Shown here in pieces: positions 37,901-50,426 of a DNA stretch of 64,000 nucleotides (positions within the stretch are counted from its first letter, which is position 1; every line of letters starts with the position of its first letter). Under the pieces are notes generated by a model that was not told where the DNA came from, made no database searches, and worked only from the letters and a program-made list of their open reading frames with translations. Origin of the DNA: Mobula hypostoma (lineage: Eukaryota); contig NC_086097.1 in the NCBI RefSeq assembly GCF_963921235.1, positions 18,354,001-18,418,000 on the forward strand, given 5' to 3'. The position numbers and the translations under genes are program-made.

Positions 37901-40900
37901 GATCCTCTTGACACTATTGTTGTGTGATACATTTTGTGAGTTTGACCATGGTTTTCTTAGCAAATTTCAGTGGTGGTTGGGCGAACACTGGGTCGAAGGG
38001 CCTCTGCTGGTAGCTCTGGATCACGGCAGCCTTTCATTTCTGTTTCCTTTCACCTGGCCATGTGGGTTCTGGCCCAGCCCCTTTCCTTTTTTGGACTTCC
38101 TCCAATTACCTGCTTGTCTCCTCATTTGCACCCACCTGTTTCTAATTTTCACTCATTACCCTGTCTATTTAAACCCCGCCTTGACTAGTATTCTCTGTCA
38201 GTTTGTCCCAGTTCTGACCTGTGTTGTTCTAGCCTGTCATTATGACTTCTGCCAACTGATTTTGCCTGATTCTATGTTTTGGATTTTGCCTGTTCTTGGA
38301 CCTGATTTTTGCTTGTGCACTCTGGATTGTCTGTCCTTGCCTGACTGCCTTTCCTGGTAAGACCTCTGCCTGCCATTTTGGATTTGTGCCTGCCTTCTGT
38401 TTTTGAAAGACTGTTGCCTTTGTGCTCCCTAATAAATCCTGGTGAAAAAGTATTCATTGGTCTGCATTTCAGTCCAGCTGAAACCCGACAGAATGAATTG
38501 GCCAAGGTGTACTCAGTGGACCCCAACCAGGTGTGTGAGGCCCTCTCCCGACAGGGTGTGTTGTTAGGGAGACATGAAATGCAGTTTGCCTCTATCAACC
38601 AGTCGATGGAAGCCTTCTCTGCCACTCTGACCAGCATAGTCTCCCAGCTGCAGCAGATTCAGCTGGTGCTGAGCTCTAACCTGCCTTCTCTCGCTGCGCC
38701 ATCAGCCCCACAGACTCCAACCCAACCAGCCTGAGAGCCCTGTTTACCTCCACCTGAACTTTACAATGGTAAACCAGGCACCTGCAGATCCTTCCTGTCT
38801 CAATGCTTGCTGATTTTTGAGCTGCAGCCCACTACCCTTCCCACTGATTGATCCCGTATTGCTTATGTTATCACGCTGCTGTCAGGAAGAGCAAGAGAGT
38901 GGGGTATGGCTGTGTGGGACAGCAGAGCCCCTTTTTGCCACACGTTTAAGGACTTTTGTGAGGAGATGAGAAGAGTCTTTGACTGTTCCCAGCAGGGGTG
39001 AGAGGCAGCAAGGGAGATGTTGTGCGTTCGTCAGGGTAACCGTTCTGTTTCGGACTACGCCATTCAGTTCCGCACATTAGCCGCCACTACCAACTGGCAT
39101 TCGGCGGTCCAATCTGACGTGTTCCTCTATGGGCTTAGCGAAGAGGTTAAGGATGAACTAGCCACCTGCGACCTGCCTGCTGGCTTCCAAGAGCTGGTCG
39201 ATTTGGCCATTAAGATTGACAGCCGCATAAAACAGCGTCAGCAGGAGCGTGATGTCTGGGCGGGGGGGGGGGCATCTGACCTCTTTCCAGCCAACACTCA
39301 GATCTCCTTCCCCGAGTCCTCAGTCACCCCCAACCAGCCCAACAGAGCTCATGCAGATTGATCGTACCCGTCTGTTTCCTTCGGAAAGAAGGAGGAGAGT
39401 CAGTACCAACTCCTGTTTGTATTGTGGTCAGGCCGGTCACTATGTATCTACCTGTCCCGTAAAGGCCAATGCTCGCTCGTAAATGGGGGACTACGGGCGA
39501 GCAGTACTTCCTTCCCCCCGGTTCCCCGTCACTCGAACCCTGCTACCTGCTTTTATACTGGCTGAAGGGAGGAGACTCACCGTTTCAGTTTTTATCGACT
39601 CTGGGGCTGATGGAAACTTTCAGTTCCAGCTTTGCAGCCAATCTCGGGATGCCACTCTCCCGTCTGAAGCAACCCCTGGAGGCCAGCGGCGTAACCGGAG
39701 TGAAACTCGCCATGGTTACCCACTCTACAGCTCCGGTGATTCTCCTAATTTCTGGCAATCACCAGGAGAGCATTGCTTTCCATGTGATAGATTCCCCCAA
39801 AGCTGAAGTTGTGTTAGGCCACCCATGGCTAGCTCAGCACGGTCCACACATTGATTGGTCTAATAACAGTGTTAAGCTGGAGTCCTTTCTGCCTAAATCA
39901 TTGTCTGCGTGTTGCTCATACTACTCAAAGTCCGGTTCCTCTGCCTACAGAAGAGTTTCCCGATCTGTCCTCTGTACCCCCTGAATATCTGGACCTAAAA
40001 CTGGTATTCAGCAAGACTCAGGCCACCACCTTACCCCCACATCACCCCTATGACTGTGCTCTAGATCTCCTTCCGGTACTTAACCACCTAGGAGCCGTCT
40101 GTATTCCCTGTCTCCACCTGAAAGGGAAGTGATGGATGAATATATCCAGGAGGCCCTGGCTGCATGAATTATCCGTCCCTCTTCCTCTCCAGCAGGCGCA
40201 GGATTCTCCTTTGTAGCCAAGAAGGACGGGTCCCTGCATCCTTGTGTGGACTATAGAGGTCTCAATGAGGTCACCGTTAGGAACCGCTATCCTCTTCCTC
40301 TTGTGTCATCTGCATTTGAATTGCTCCAGGGCGCTTCTATCTTCTCCAAGCTCGACCTCCGCAACGCTTACCATCTGGTCCGCATAAGAGAGGGAGATGA
40401 GTGGAAGACCGTGTTCAATATGCCCTCTGGGCACTACAAATATTTGGTAATGCCTTTTGGACTTACTAATGGTCCTGCTGTGTTCCAGTCCCTGGTGAAT
40501 GACGCTCTCAGAGATATGTTGAATCAATTTGTATTTGTGTACTTGGATGACATTCTGATACTTTCTGGTATTTTCTAGGTCCCTCTCTGAACACAACCAG
40601 CACATCTGTTGGGTGCTCCAACAACTCCTGGAGAATCAGTTGTTTGTGAAGGCAGAAAAGTGTGAATTTCACCAGAGTTCAACTTCATTTCTGGAATATG
40701 TGATCAGCGCTGGAGGAATCCAGATGGACCCTCAGAAGATCAAGGTGGTAGAGGAGTGGCCACAACCCAACTCTCAATGAGATGTCCAATGCTTTCTTGG
40801 GTTTGCCAACTTCTATCGCCGATTCATTTGAAATTTCAGCATCCTGGCCGCCCTGCTGACTGCCCTAACCTCCTCCAAGTCGAAGTTCGCCTGGAATCCA

Positions 40901-43582
40901 GGGGCTGAGAAAGCCTTTTCTGATCTAAGACCCATTTCACCACAGCACCTATCCTCCTTCAACCCGATCCTACAAGGCAGTTTATTGTAGAGACTGGCGC
41001 CTCTGATGTAGGAGTAGGGGCTATACTGTCACAGCATTTAGCAGAGGACGACAAGCTACACCCGTGCGCCTTTTTCCCCACAAATTTTCGCCTGCAGAAT
41101 GCAACCATGACATCGGCAATTGAGAGTTATTGGCTGTTAAACTTGCTCTTGAGGACAGGCGGCATTGGCTTGAGGGAACGACTACTCCTTTTCTAGTCTG
41201 GACAGATCACAGGAATCTGGAGTATATCCCTTCAGCCAAACGCCTCAACTCCCACCAGGCCCAGTGGTCCCTGTTTTTTGCCCATTTTAGATTCACCCTG
41301 GCCTACCATCCTGGCTCTAAGAACAGCAAGCCTGACGCGCTCTCCAGGCAGTTTCCAACAACTGATGAGACACCCGAGGTTACGACCATTCTCCCCAAGC
41401 AATGCCTGGTTGCCGCAGCACAGTGGGAGATTGAATCTGTGGTCCAGTCTACCCAGCAGGGTGAGTCTCTTCCTAGTTCCTGCCCTGCTAATCTTTTGTA
41501 TGTTCCCCAGTCTGTCTGCTCCCAGGTTCTCCATTGGGGACACACCTCCAGACTGGCATGTCACCCTGGCATCAGATGCATGACGACTTTCATCAGTTGA
41601 AGATTTTGGTGGCCATCCCTGAGGAAGGATGTTGAGAGCTTCATTTCTGCCTGCCCAGTCTGTTCACAGAACAAGACCTCCAGCCAGCCACCAAATGGTC
41701 TCCTGCAACCCCTGCACTGGACTTTGTCACCGGACTCCCTCTGTCCGATGGTAAAGCTACCATTCTTACCATAGTGGATCGTTTTTCCAAATAGATCCAC
41801 TTAGTTCCCTTTCCCAAGCTGCCCTCTGCCAAGGAGACTGCCAACCTGGTGATTCAGCATGATTTCCGTATTCACGGTCTCCCCGTTGAAGTGGTATCTG
41901 ATAGAGGTTCGCAATTTACCTCCCACTTTTGGAGGGCCTTTTGCAAACTACTCGGGATCAGGGTTAACCTCTCATTTGGGTTTCATCCACAGTAATGGCC
42001 AGACTGAGTGGGCTAATCAGCAGACGGAGGCAATGCTCCGTTGTGTGATGTCTCAGGAATCTTCCTCTTGGAGTCAGCAACTTCCCTGGGTCGAGTACGC
42101 TATTAATTCTTTGCCTTCTGCTTCATCAGGTTTATCCCCATTCCAGTGTTGTCTTGGCTATCAACCCCGCTTACCCACATCTCAGGAAGAGGAAGTGGGC
42201 ATTCCCTCAGCCGAAGCGTTTGTCCAGAGGTGTTCACGGACCTGGAGACGAGCCCGAAAGGCACTGCTTCAATCTACAGCCAGAATGAAGCAGCAAGCAG
42301 ACCGTCACCGCATCGAGGCCCCCCGTTACCGCCAGGGTCAGAAGGTGTGGTTATCTTCGCGTGACATCCCCTTGAATGTGGACTCCCGCAAGCTGGTGCC
42401 AGGCTACATTGGACCCTTCCCCATCACCAAGGTGATCAGCCCTTCGGCGGTGCATCTAAAACTACCCCTACCCTTCACAGAATCCATCCTACATTCCATG
42501 TTTCAAGGATTAAGCCCTTTGTCTGCAGCCCCCTCTGTCCCACCCCCAAGCCCCCTCCCCATCTCATGGATGGCTCAGAGACCTTCACCGCGCGCCGATT
42601 ACTAGACGTTCGACGCAGAGGTCGTGGACTGCAATACCTCGTTGATTGGGAGGGTTCCCCCGAAGAGAGGTGTTGGGTTCCCGCTCAAGAGATCCTGGAT
42701 CCCTCTCTCATTAAGGACTTTCATAGGAACCATCCCGTACCAGCAAGAAGGGGTGACGGTGGGGGCGGGTGGGGGGGCTACTTTTAAGGATCCAGGGCCT
42801 GTGCTGGTAGCTCTGGATCATGGCAGTCTTTAGTTTCTGTTTCCTTTCACCTGGCCATGTGGGTTCTGGCCCAGCCCCTTTCCTTTTTAGGACTTCCTCC
42901 AATTAGCTGCCTGTCTCCTCATTTGCACCCTCCTGTTTCTAATTTTCACTCATTACCCTCTCCATTTAAATGCTACCTTGACTAGCATTCTCTGCTAGTT
43001 TGTCTCAGTTCTGACTTGTGCTCTAGCCTATCATTACGACTTCTGCCAACTGATTTTGCCTGATTCTGTGTTTTGGATTTTGCCTGTTCCTGGACCTGAT
43101 TTTCTGCCTGTGAGTTCTGGATTGTCTGACCTCACCTAACTGCCTTTCCTGGTAAGACCTCTGTCTGCCATTTTGGATTTGTGCCTGCCTTCTGTTTTTG
43201 AAAGACTGTTGCCTTTGTGCTCCCTAATAAACCCTGGTGAAAAAGTATTCGTTGGTCTGCACTTGAGTCCAGCCAAAACCCGACAGAACTAAAGAAATTG
43301 CTATTTCTCTTCCCAAATGTTCATCTGCCTGTACTGTAGCCATTGATATTTGAGGTTGTAGCTCATCCACCTTCTCTGTCATAAGTTCAGTTACTGATTC
43401 TGCTGGATCTGTCATTGACCTTTGCTCATATCCTGAGCAGAAACCCTTTCAGGTGCTACCGTTCTGGGTCAGTGACCCTGGGAACAATGAATAACTGAGG
43501 GGTAACTCCACTTTCTGCAAAGCTCTGGAAGTCCCCAATCAGAGCCTCATCACCGGTTGCAGTTTAGTCATACCCAGGACTG
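34996..43582 (-). mobile_element. Near full-length RTE LINE (APE plus RT, disrupted), interrupted by a Gypsy element
   Basis: 11-bp TSD TTTAGATAGGT at 34985-34995 and 43583-43593; (TGA)n tail. APE motifs GISEVRW, QVYAPT and SDHNPV. RT motifs GVRQGCVFS and RYADD near 35713-35734. 5' region at 43286-43582. Confidence 0.92.
37987..43285 (+). mobile_element. Complete but inactivated chromodomain-bearing Gypsy (sushi-like) LTR retrotransposon
   Basis: LTRs at about 37987-38490 and 42782-43285, both ending CCCGACA; G-rich PPT before the 3' LTR. Gag knuckle CLYCGQAGHYVSTC, protease FIDSGAD, RT YLDDILI, RNase H, integrase, chromodomain [13 protein letters not shown]. Many stops and frameshifts. Candidate TSD GAAC. 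Confidence 0.93.
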
Positions 43583-44192
43583 TTTAGATAGGTACATGGA
43601 GCTTAGAAAAATAGAGGGCTACGGATAAGCCTAGTAATTTCTAAGGTTGGGACATGTTCCGCACAACTTTGTTGGCTGAAGGGCCTGTATTGTGCTGTAG
43701 ATTTTCTATGTTTCTAACCTAGTAGCTCGCAAATCTTTGGACTGTGAGAGGAAACCCATGCATTGACAGGTTGAACAAATGTACAAACTCCTTACAGATA
43801 GTGCCAAAATTGAACTTCAAACTCTGAACACTGAGCTGTAATTCAGTTGCACTACTTGCCACATTGGAGTGGGACACTCTTCTGTCTGGATGATATGCAA
43901 ACCATAAAACTTTTTACATGTACCAACAATAAACCAATATCAATACCATATTAATTAAACTTTGTGAACTCCTACTAGATTTGAGCTGGACTAATCAGGA
44001 AGGTCCATGGCTGTTTTGAATTAGACTGAATATGCTTATTGCAGACTTCTTCAACATCCTTGGGGAGTGAGATGACAACCAAACAGGTGCAGTGTTCCTG
44101 TCTGCAAACCTCACTCAATAGCCAGGAATTGATGATGGTTCTGAATGGAGCCATCATCATTCTCTTAAAATCCACATCAATTCCATATAGAA

Positions 44193-44305
44193 TCCTAATG
44201 ATGGGTCTTGGCCTGAATGTCGATGGTTTATTCCCCTCCAGGGATGCTGCCTGACCAGCTGAGTTCCTGCAGAATTTGCATGTGATGCTCAACATTTCCA
44301 GCATC
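44193..44305 (+). mobile_element. Penelope pLTR-derived short repeat (decayed)
   Basis: cctaatgatgggtcttggcctgaatgtcga...gatgctgcctgaccagctgag. Similar copies at 31540-31640(+) and 53935-54027(-). Confidence 0.7.
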
Positions 44306-44411
44306 TCTTATAGCCACATGGTTTTCGCTAGAACAGAGTTGATGGGCTGAGTGATTTAATTCTGATCCACTGTCTTATACTCTTAGGGATATGCTTTAGA
44401 AATTGTTTCCA

Positions 44412-47400
44412 TAAGACTATAATACATAGGCCATTAGCTGATCCTTTTTTCCCCTTCTCAGCCCCACTCCCAGGCTGTCTCCCTGTAACCTTTGATGCCG
44501 TGTCCAATCACCTCTGCCTTAAATACACCCAACAACCTGGTGTCCACAGCTGTGTGTGGTAATAAATTCCACAAATTCACCAACCTCTGGCTAAAGAAAT
44601 TTCTCTACGTCTGTTTTAAATGGATGCCTCTCTATCCTGAGGTTGTACCCTTTTGTCCTAGACTCCCCCACCACAGAAAACATCCTTTTCCCCCATCTAT
44701 TCCATCTAGGCCTTCCAACATTCAAAAGGTTTCAATAAGATCCCCCCTCATCCTACTAAATTCCAGCGAGTACAGACCCAGAGTCATCAAATAATCCCTG
44801 TATGATGACCTTTTCATTCCTGGAATCATCCTTGTGAACCTCCTCTGGACCCTCTCCAATGCCAGCACCTCTGTTCTTTGAGGAGCCCAAAACTATTCAC
44901 AATACTCAATGTGAGGCCTCACCAGTGCCTTATAAAGCCTCAGCATCACATCCTTGCTCTTGTATTCTAGACATCTTGAAATGAATGCTAACATTGCATT
45001 TGCCTTCCACATTACTGACTCAACCTACAAGTTAGCTTTTAGGGTATTCTGCACAAAGACTCCCAAGTCCCTTTAAATCTCAGATTTTTGGATTTTCCCC
45101 CAGTCTAGAAAATAGTCTGCACATTTATTTCTACTACCAATGTGCATGAGCATGCATTTTCCAACATTGTATTTCATTTGCCATTTTCTTGCCAATTTAC
45201 TTAATTGTTTTATGTCCTTCTGCAACCTTCCTGTTTCCTCACAACACCTACCCCTCCACCAATATTTGTAGCCCCCTGTTAAGCCTCAGGCTCACTCAGC
45301 TCACTTCCATCTAGGGGGAGCAGCCTTTGGCCCTGCCAAACTGGGTAATCAAGTTTGTGAAGATGCTGTGTGATGTACCCCATCCTGCCAAATTTCAGAC
45401 AATACACCATATGCGATTAAATGATTACACTTTATAGATCTTACTGGAACTATGTAATTAATAGAGATACAATATAAAAGGAAAGTAAAAGGCACCAGAC
45501 TTATCAAAGTTCAACTACTTCGTGCACACCGTTGGAGATCAATTAATGGAGTCTTCCTTCCACCATTCGATCCCCTCCGACCCGCTCGACTCGCTACCTG
45601 GGATCAACCACGGTGGTCGACCAGAGTGTGTCCTGCACATCCTTCCTCTTTGGTTCTCCTCCCGAAAAGCCCTGGGCCTCGGACTCCCTCATGGGTCCGA
45701 TCCTCGCCCAGCTTACAGCATCACGTCTCCTCTGTCTGTCCCTGTCACACCTCCTCCCCAAAGCCCGTGAAAACAATAGCTTGCAGACACACAATAACAT
45801 CTATCCCAATTGGTTAGCAAATGAATACAATTCTTGTTATCAGTGATTATAACCCAAACAAGCTGCTACCGTTAACTCAGCGGTTAACATTACAGAGAAG
45901 CAATTTCATTATAACATAACAAAGAAGCCATTTTATTAGCCTTAGCAGTAACATAAAAGAAGAAACCCCTTACAGTATCATCTGCAAACATAGCAACAAA
46001 ACCATCTATTGCACTATCTAAATCATTGATATACAGCATTAAATGAAGTAGTCCCAACACTGACCCCTACAGGACACCACTAGTCACTGGCAGTCAACCA
46101 GGAAAAAGATCCTTTTATTCCCACTCGCACTCTCCTACCAATCAGCCCATGCTCTAACCATGTTGGCAACTTTCCTCTTAGCTTGGTAAGCAGCCACATG
46201 TGTGGCACCTTGTCAAAGGGCTTCTGAAATTCCAATTATACAACATCTATAGCATCCCCTTTATCTATCATATTTGTAATCTCCTCAATGAATTCCAACA
46301 GGTTTGTCAGGCAAGATTTTCCTTAAAAGAAACCATGCTGACTTTGTCCTGTCTTGTCCTGTGTCACCAAGTGCTCCATCACCTCATCCTTAACAATTGA
46401 CTCCAACATTTCCCAACTGCTGAGGTCAGGCTAACTGGTCTATAATTTCCCTTCTGTTGCCTCCCTCCTTTCTTAAAGAATGGAATGAAATTTCCATTCT
46501 TCCAGTCCTCGAGCACCATGTCAGAGTCTGTCAGTTCTTGAATGATCATAACTAATGTCTCCACAATCTCTACCGCTACCTCTCTCAAAACACTAGGGTG
46601 CTGTTCATCTGGTCTGGGTGATTTATGTACCCTTAGGTCTTTCAGCTTTTTGAGCACCTTCTCCCTTGTAGTAGTAACTGCACTCACTTCTCATCCCTCT
46701 CAATGTTCAACATTTGGTTCACTGCTAGTGTCTTCCACAAAGAAGACTGAAGCAGAATACTCATTCAGTTCATCTACCATCTCCTTTTCCTCTTATTATT
46801 ATTTCTCCGGCCTCATTTTCTAGCTGTCTATCTTCACTCTCATCCCTCCTTTACTTTTTACATACTTGAAAAAGCTTTTACTATCCACTTTGATATTGTT
46901 TGCTAGCTGACTTTCATATTTCATCTTTTCCCTCCCAATGATTCTTTTAGATGCTCCTGGTAGCTTTTTAAAAGCTTCCTAAGCTTTTATCTTCTGGCTA
47001 ATTTTTGCTTTGTTGTATGCCCTCTCTTTTGCTTTTACATTATCTTTGACTTCCCTTGTCAGCCACGGTAGTACTATTTTGTCATTTGAGTATTTCTTTG
47101 TTTTTGGAATACATCTATCCTGCACCTCCCTCATTTTTTCCCAGAAACTCACGCCATTGCTGCTCTGCTGTCGTCCCTGCCAACAGCTCTTTCCAATTTA
47201 CTTTGGCCAGCTCCTCTCGTACCACTTGTAATTTTCTTTATTCCACTGCTCTTTCAGACTTCACTTTCTCCCTATCAAATTTCAAGTTGAACTCAATCAT
47301 TTTGTGATTACTGGCTCTTAAAGATTCTTTTACCTTAAGCTTTCCTAATCACCTCTGGTTCATTACTTAACAGCCAATTGGTATAGATGATCCCCTTGTA

Positions 47401-49035
47401 GGCTCAACAATAAACTGCTCTAAAAAGCCATCTCATAGGCATTCAACAAACTCACTCTCGTGAAATCCATTACCAACCTGATTTCCCCAATCAACCTGCA
47501 TGTTTAAACCTTCAATGACAATCATAACATTGCCTTTTGACATGCCTTTTCTATTTCCTGTTGTAATCTGTCACCGATATCCTAGCTACTGTTGGGAGGC
47601 CTGTATATAACTACCATCAGGGTCCTTTTACCCTTGCAGTTTCTTAACTCAACCCACAAGGATTCAATCTCTTCCAATTCTATGAGACAATTTTTTAATG
47701 ATTTGATGCCATTCTTTACCAGCAGAGACATGACACCCCTTCTGCCTACCTTCCTATCCCTCCGATACAATCTGTAACTTTGGACATTGAACTCCCAACT
47801 ACAACCATCCTTCAGCCACGATTCAGTGATGGCCACAACATCATACCTGACAATCTTTAATAGTGCAACAAGATCATCCATCTTTTTTCTTATACTCTGC
47901 ACATTGAGATATAAAACCTTAAGTACTATATTTGCTACCCTTTTTGATTCTGCATCCCTAATGCACTGATACTCACTCTGCAGGCTGCAATTTGGTCCTA
48001 TCATCTGCCTGCCCTTCCTGACAGTCTGACTGCATGCTATCTTTGCTTTTTTTACCATCTGTCCTATCCTGAGTCCCTTCACTCCGGTTCCCATACCCCT
48101 GCTAAATTAGTTTACCCCCCACCCCCATCAGCTCCAACAAATCTGCCAGTGAGAACACTGGTCCCCCTCGAGGGCAGGTGCAACCCGTCACTTTTGTACA
48201 GGCTATACCTCTCCCAGTAGAGATCCAAATGATCCAAGAACCCGAAGCCCTGCCCCTCCGCACCAGCTTCTCAGACACACATTAATTGGCCAAATCAGCC
48301 TGTTTTTATCCTCACTAGCATGTGGTACAGGTAGCAGTCCAGAAATTACCACCCTGGAAGTCTTGCTTCTCAGCTTTCTGCCGAGCTCTCTAAATTCTCT
48401 CTTCAGGCCCTCTTTACTTTTCTTCCTATGTCACTGGTACCAATATGTACCAAGACATCTGGCTGCTCTCACTCCCCCTCCAAAATGCTGTGGACACGAC
48501 CTGAGATGTCCCTGACCCTGATACCTCGGAGGCAACATACCATCCAGGAGTCCTGTTCACATCCACAGAATCTCCTGTCTGTTCCTCTGACTATTGAGTC
48601 CCCTATTACTACCGTTCCCTTCTTCTCCCTCTTCCCTGCTGCCTGTAGATGCATGTGCCTGTAACCTGGCCTCCATGGCCTTCCCCTCAGAGGTCATCCC
48701 CACAACAGTATCCAAAACGGTATACTTTTTATTGAGGCGAATAGCTACAGGGGTGCTCTGCACTAACTGCCTCTTTTCATTTCCATTTCTCCTGACAGTT
48801 ACTCAGCTACTCGCCTCCTGCAACCTAGGGGTGGCTACTTTCCTTTTAACTCCCATCAATTATCTCCTCACTCTCCCGTACAAGCCGAAGGTCATCCAGC
48901 TGCTGCTCCAGATCCCTAACACGATCTTCAAGGAGCTGCAGCTAGATGTATTTCATGCAGATGTAGGTCCCTTGGAGATTCTGGGTCTCCCAGGACTCCA
49001 ACATCCAGCATGAAGAACACACAATGGCCATTTAC
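44412..49035 (-). mobile_element. Near full-length CR1 (ORF1 esterase plus ORF2 remnants) with a solo LTR insertion
   Basis: ORF1 VVIGDSIVRGTDRRFCG (SGNH esterase); ORF2 APE YLNVQSIRKK...AITESWL...YRPP; GNYRPVSLTS; CR1 3' end near 44412. Confidence 0.88.
45267..45974 (-). mobile_element. Solo LTR, same family as 18298-18985
   Basis: TGTAGCCCCC...CCCTTACA; interrupts CR1 sequence ccaatattt|gtatcatctgcaaac. Confidence 0.85.
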
Positions 49036-49580
49036 TACATTAGGTACAGTGAGAGAGAATGAAAAGGGAACCTTAACAAACTCACCCAGTTTCTCTAACC
49101 TTGCATTGGGTAAGAACGCATCGACTAGCGTTCCATTCCTAATTGTGATACTATCATTATGAACATCAGAGATATTCAGAGATAGAGTATTAATTTTCTT
49201 CCAGTGTGCTTACTGCTAAGCAGAGCTGTGGGTTGGGGAAATCTGGCTGTTAAAGACCTTGAGCTGCTTCAGTAGAAGGGCTTCATTGTGACATTTTTGG
49301 CATTGCAGCCGGATGCATTGAGACAGAAATATAGTCCTTCTACATAAAAATCAGGGTAGCAAAGTTGAAAGTTTCAGCAAAGTAATTTTTTTTAATCAAA
49401 GCATGTATATGTCACCATCTATTACCCTGAGATTTATTTTCTAGAAGGTATTTACAGTAGAGCAGAGAAATATAATAAAATCAACAGAAGGCTACACACA
49501 AAGACTGACACTAATCTGCAAATGAAGATAAACTATAAATACAAAAAATAATACTAATAATAATATTAAATAATAATAAA

Positions 49581-50170
49581 AGAAGTCAGAAACAATCCAA
49601 CACATTACAGGATCCTGCAGCAGTTTAACTCAATCTGATTACTTACATGGGCATAATCAAGTTGGAAATGTCATTCACCAAAATCTTGCTTAAAAGTACA
49701 AACTCTTGAAAGACACCATACCTTACTATAAACATAAGCCTGCTTCAGTTTTAGAGTCAGAGTCCTACAAATTATATTATTATCAATCCAGTATTACAGA
49801 TAGGACAATCCATAATAACTGTCCAGACATAATATTGCAAGATAAACAAGCAAGAACAACTAACTTAATAGATATTCCAAACACACATTATGTACAGAAA
49901 TCAGTAAGTGAAAAACACCAGAAATATGCTGAATTAAAAGAGGAAATTGAAAGACATTTTATAACATAATATCTAGAATTGGTATCATCCTAAAGTCACT
50001 ACACAATAGCATTAAACAATTATGTCTACATAGTAATACCTATGTAAATTTCCAGAAAGAAATAGTACTAAACACCACAAGAATAGTCCAAAAATTCCTA
50101 GTAATCGAGAAATGAGTGTGCTTAGCTATGTCTGTATCTCAGGTTTTACCCTTTGAACTGAAAAAAAAAA
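49581..50170 (+). mobile_element. 5'-truncated R4/Dong-clade (RLE) non-LTR retrotransposon
   Basis: ETIQHITGSC (end of CCHC knuckle), HNQV, NCPDIILQDK, SEKHQKYAELKEEI (RLE motifs). A-rich tail; preceded by a (TAA)-rich tract. Confidence 0.8.
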
Positions 50171-50426
50171 TAAGTGGGTAAATAAATGATACTGAAAACA
50201 TTAGTTTTAGAGTTCATAAGACAGAGGAAGAGAATTAGGCCATTTGGCCCATCGAGTCTGCTCTGCCATGTCTGATCCTTTTCTCCCCTCCTCAGCCCCA
50301 CTCCCCGGTTCTTGAAAGTGATTCCATGGGCTGTGGAATCAGTTCAGTGCTGAGGTAAGTGAAGTAATCCATGCTGGCTTAGCAGCATGACGGTTGCAAG
50401 ATAATAACTGTTCCTGACACTAGTGG

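Larger units (their letters stand above)
33780..43715 (+). mobile_element. CR1 LINE (33780-34995 plus 43594-43715) split by an RTE insertion
   Basis: [37 protein letters not shown]. The 3' end resumes exactly after the RTE TSD. Confidence 0.9.
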
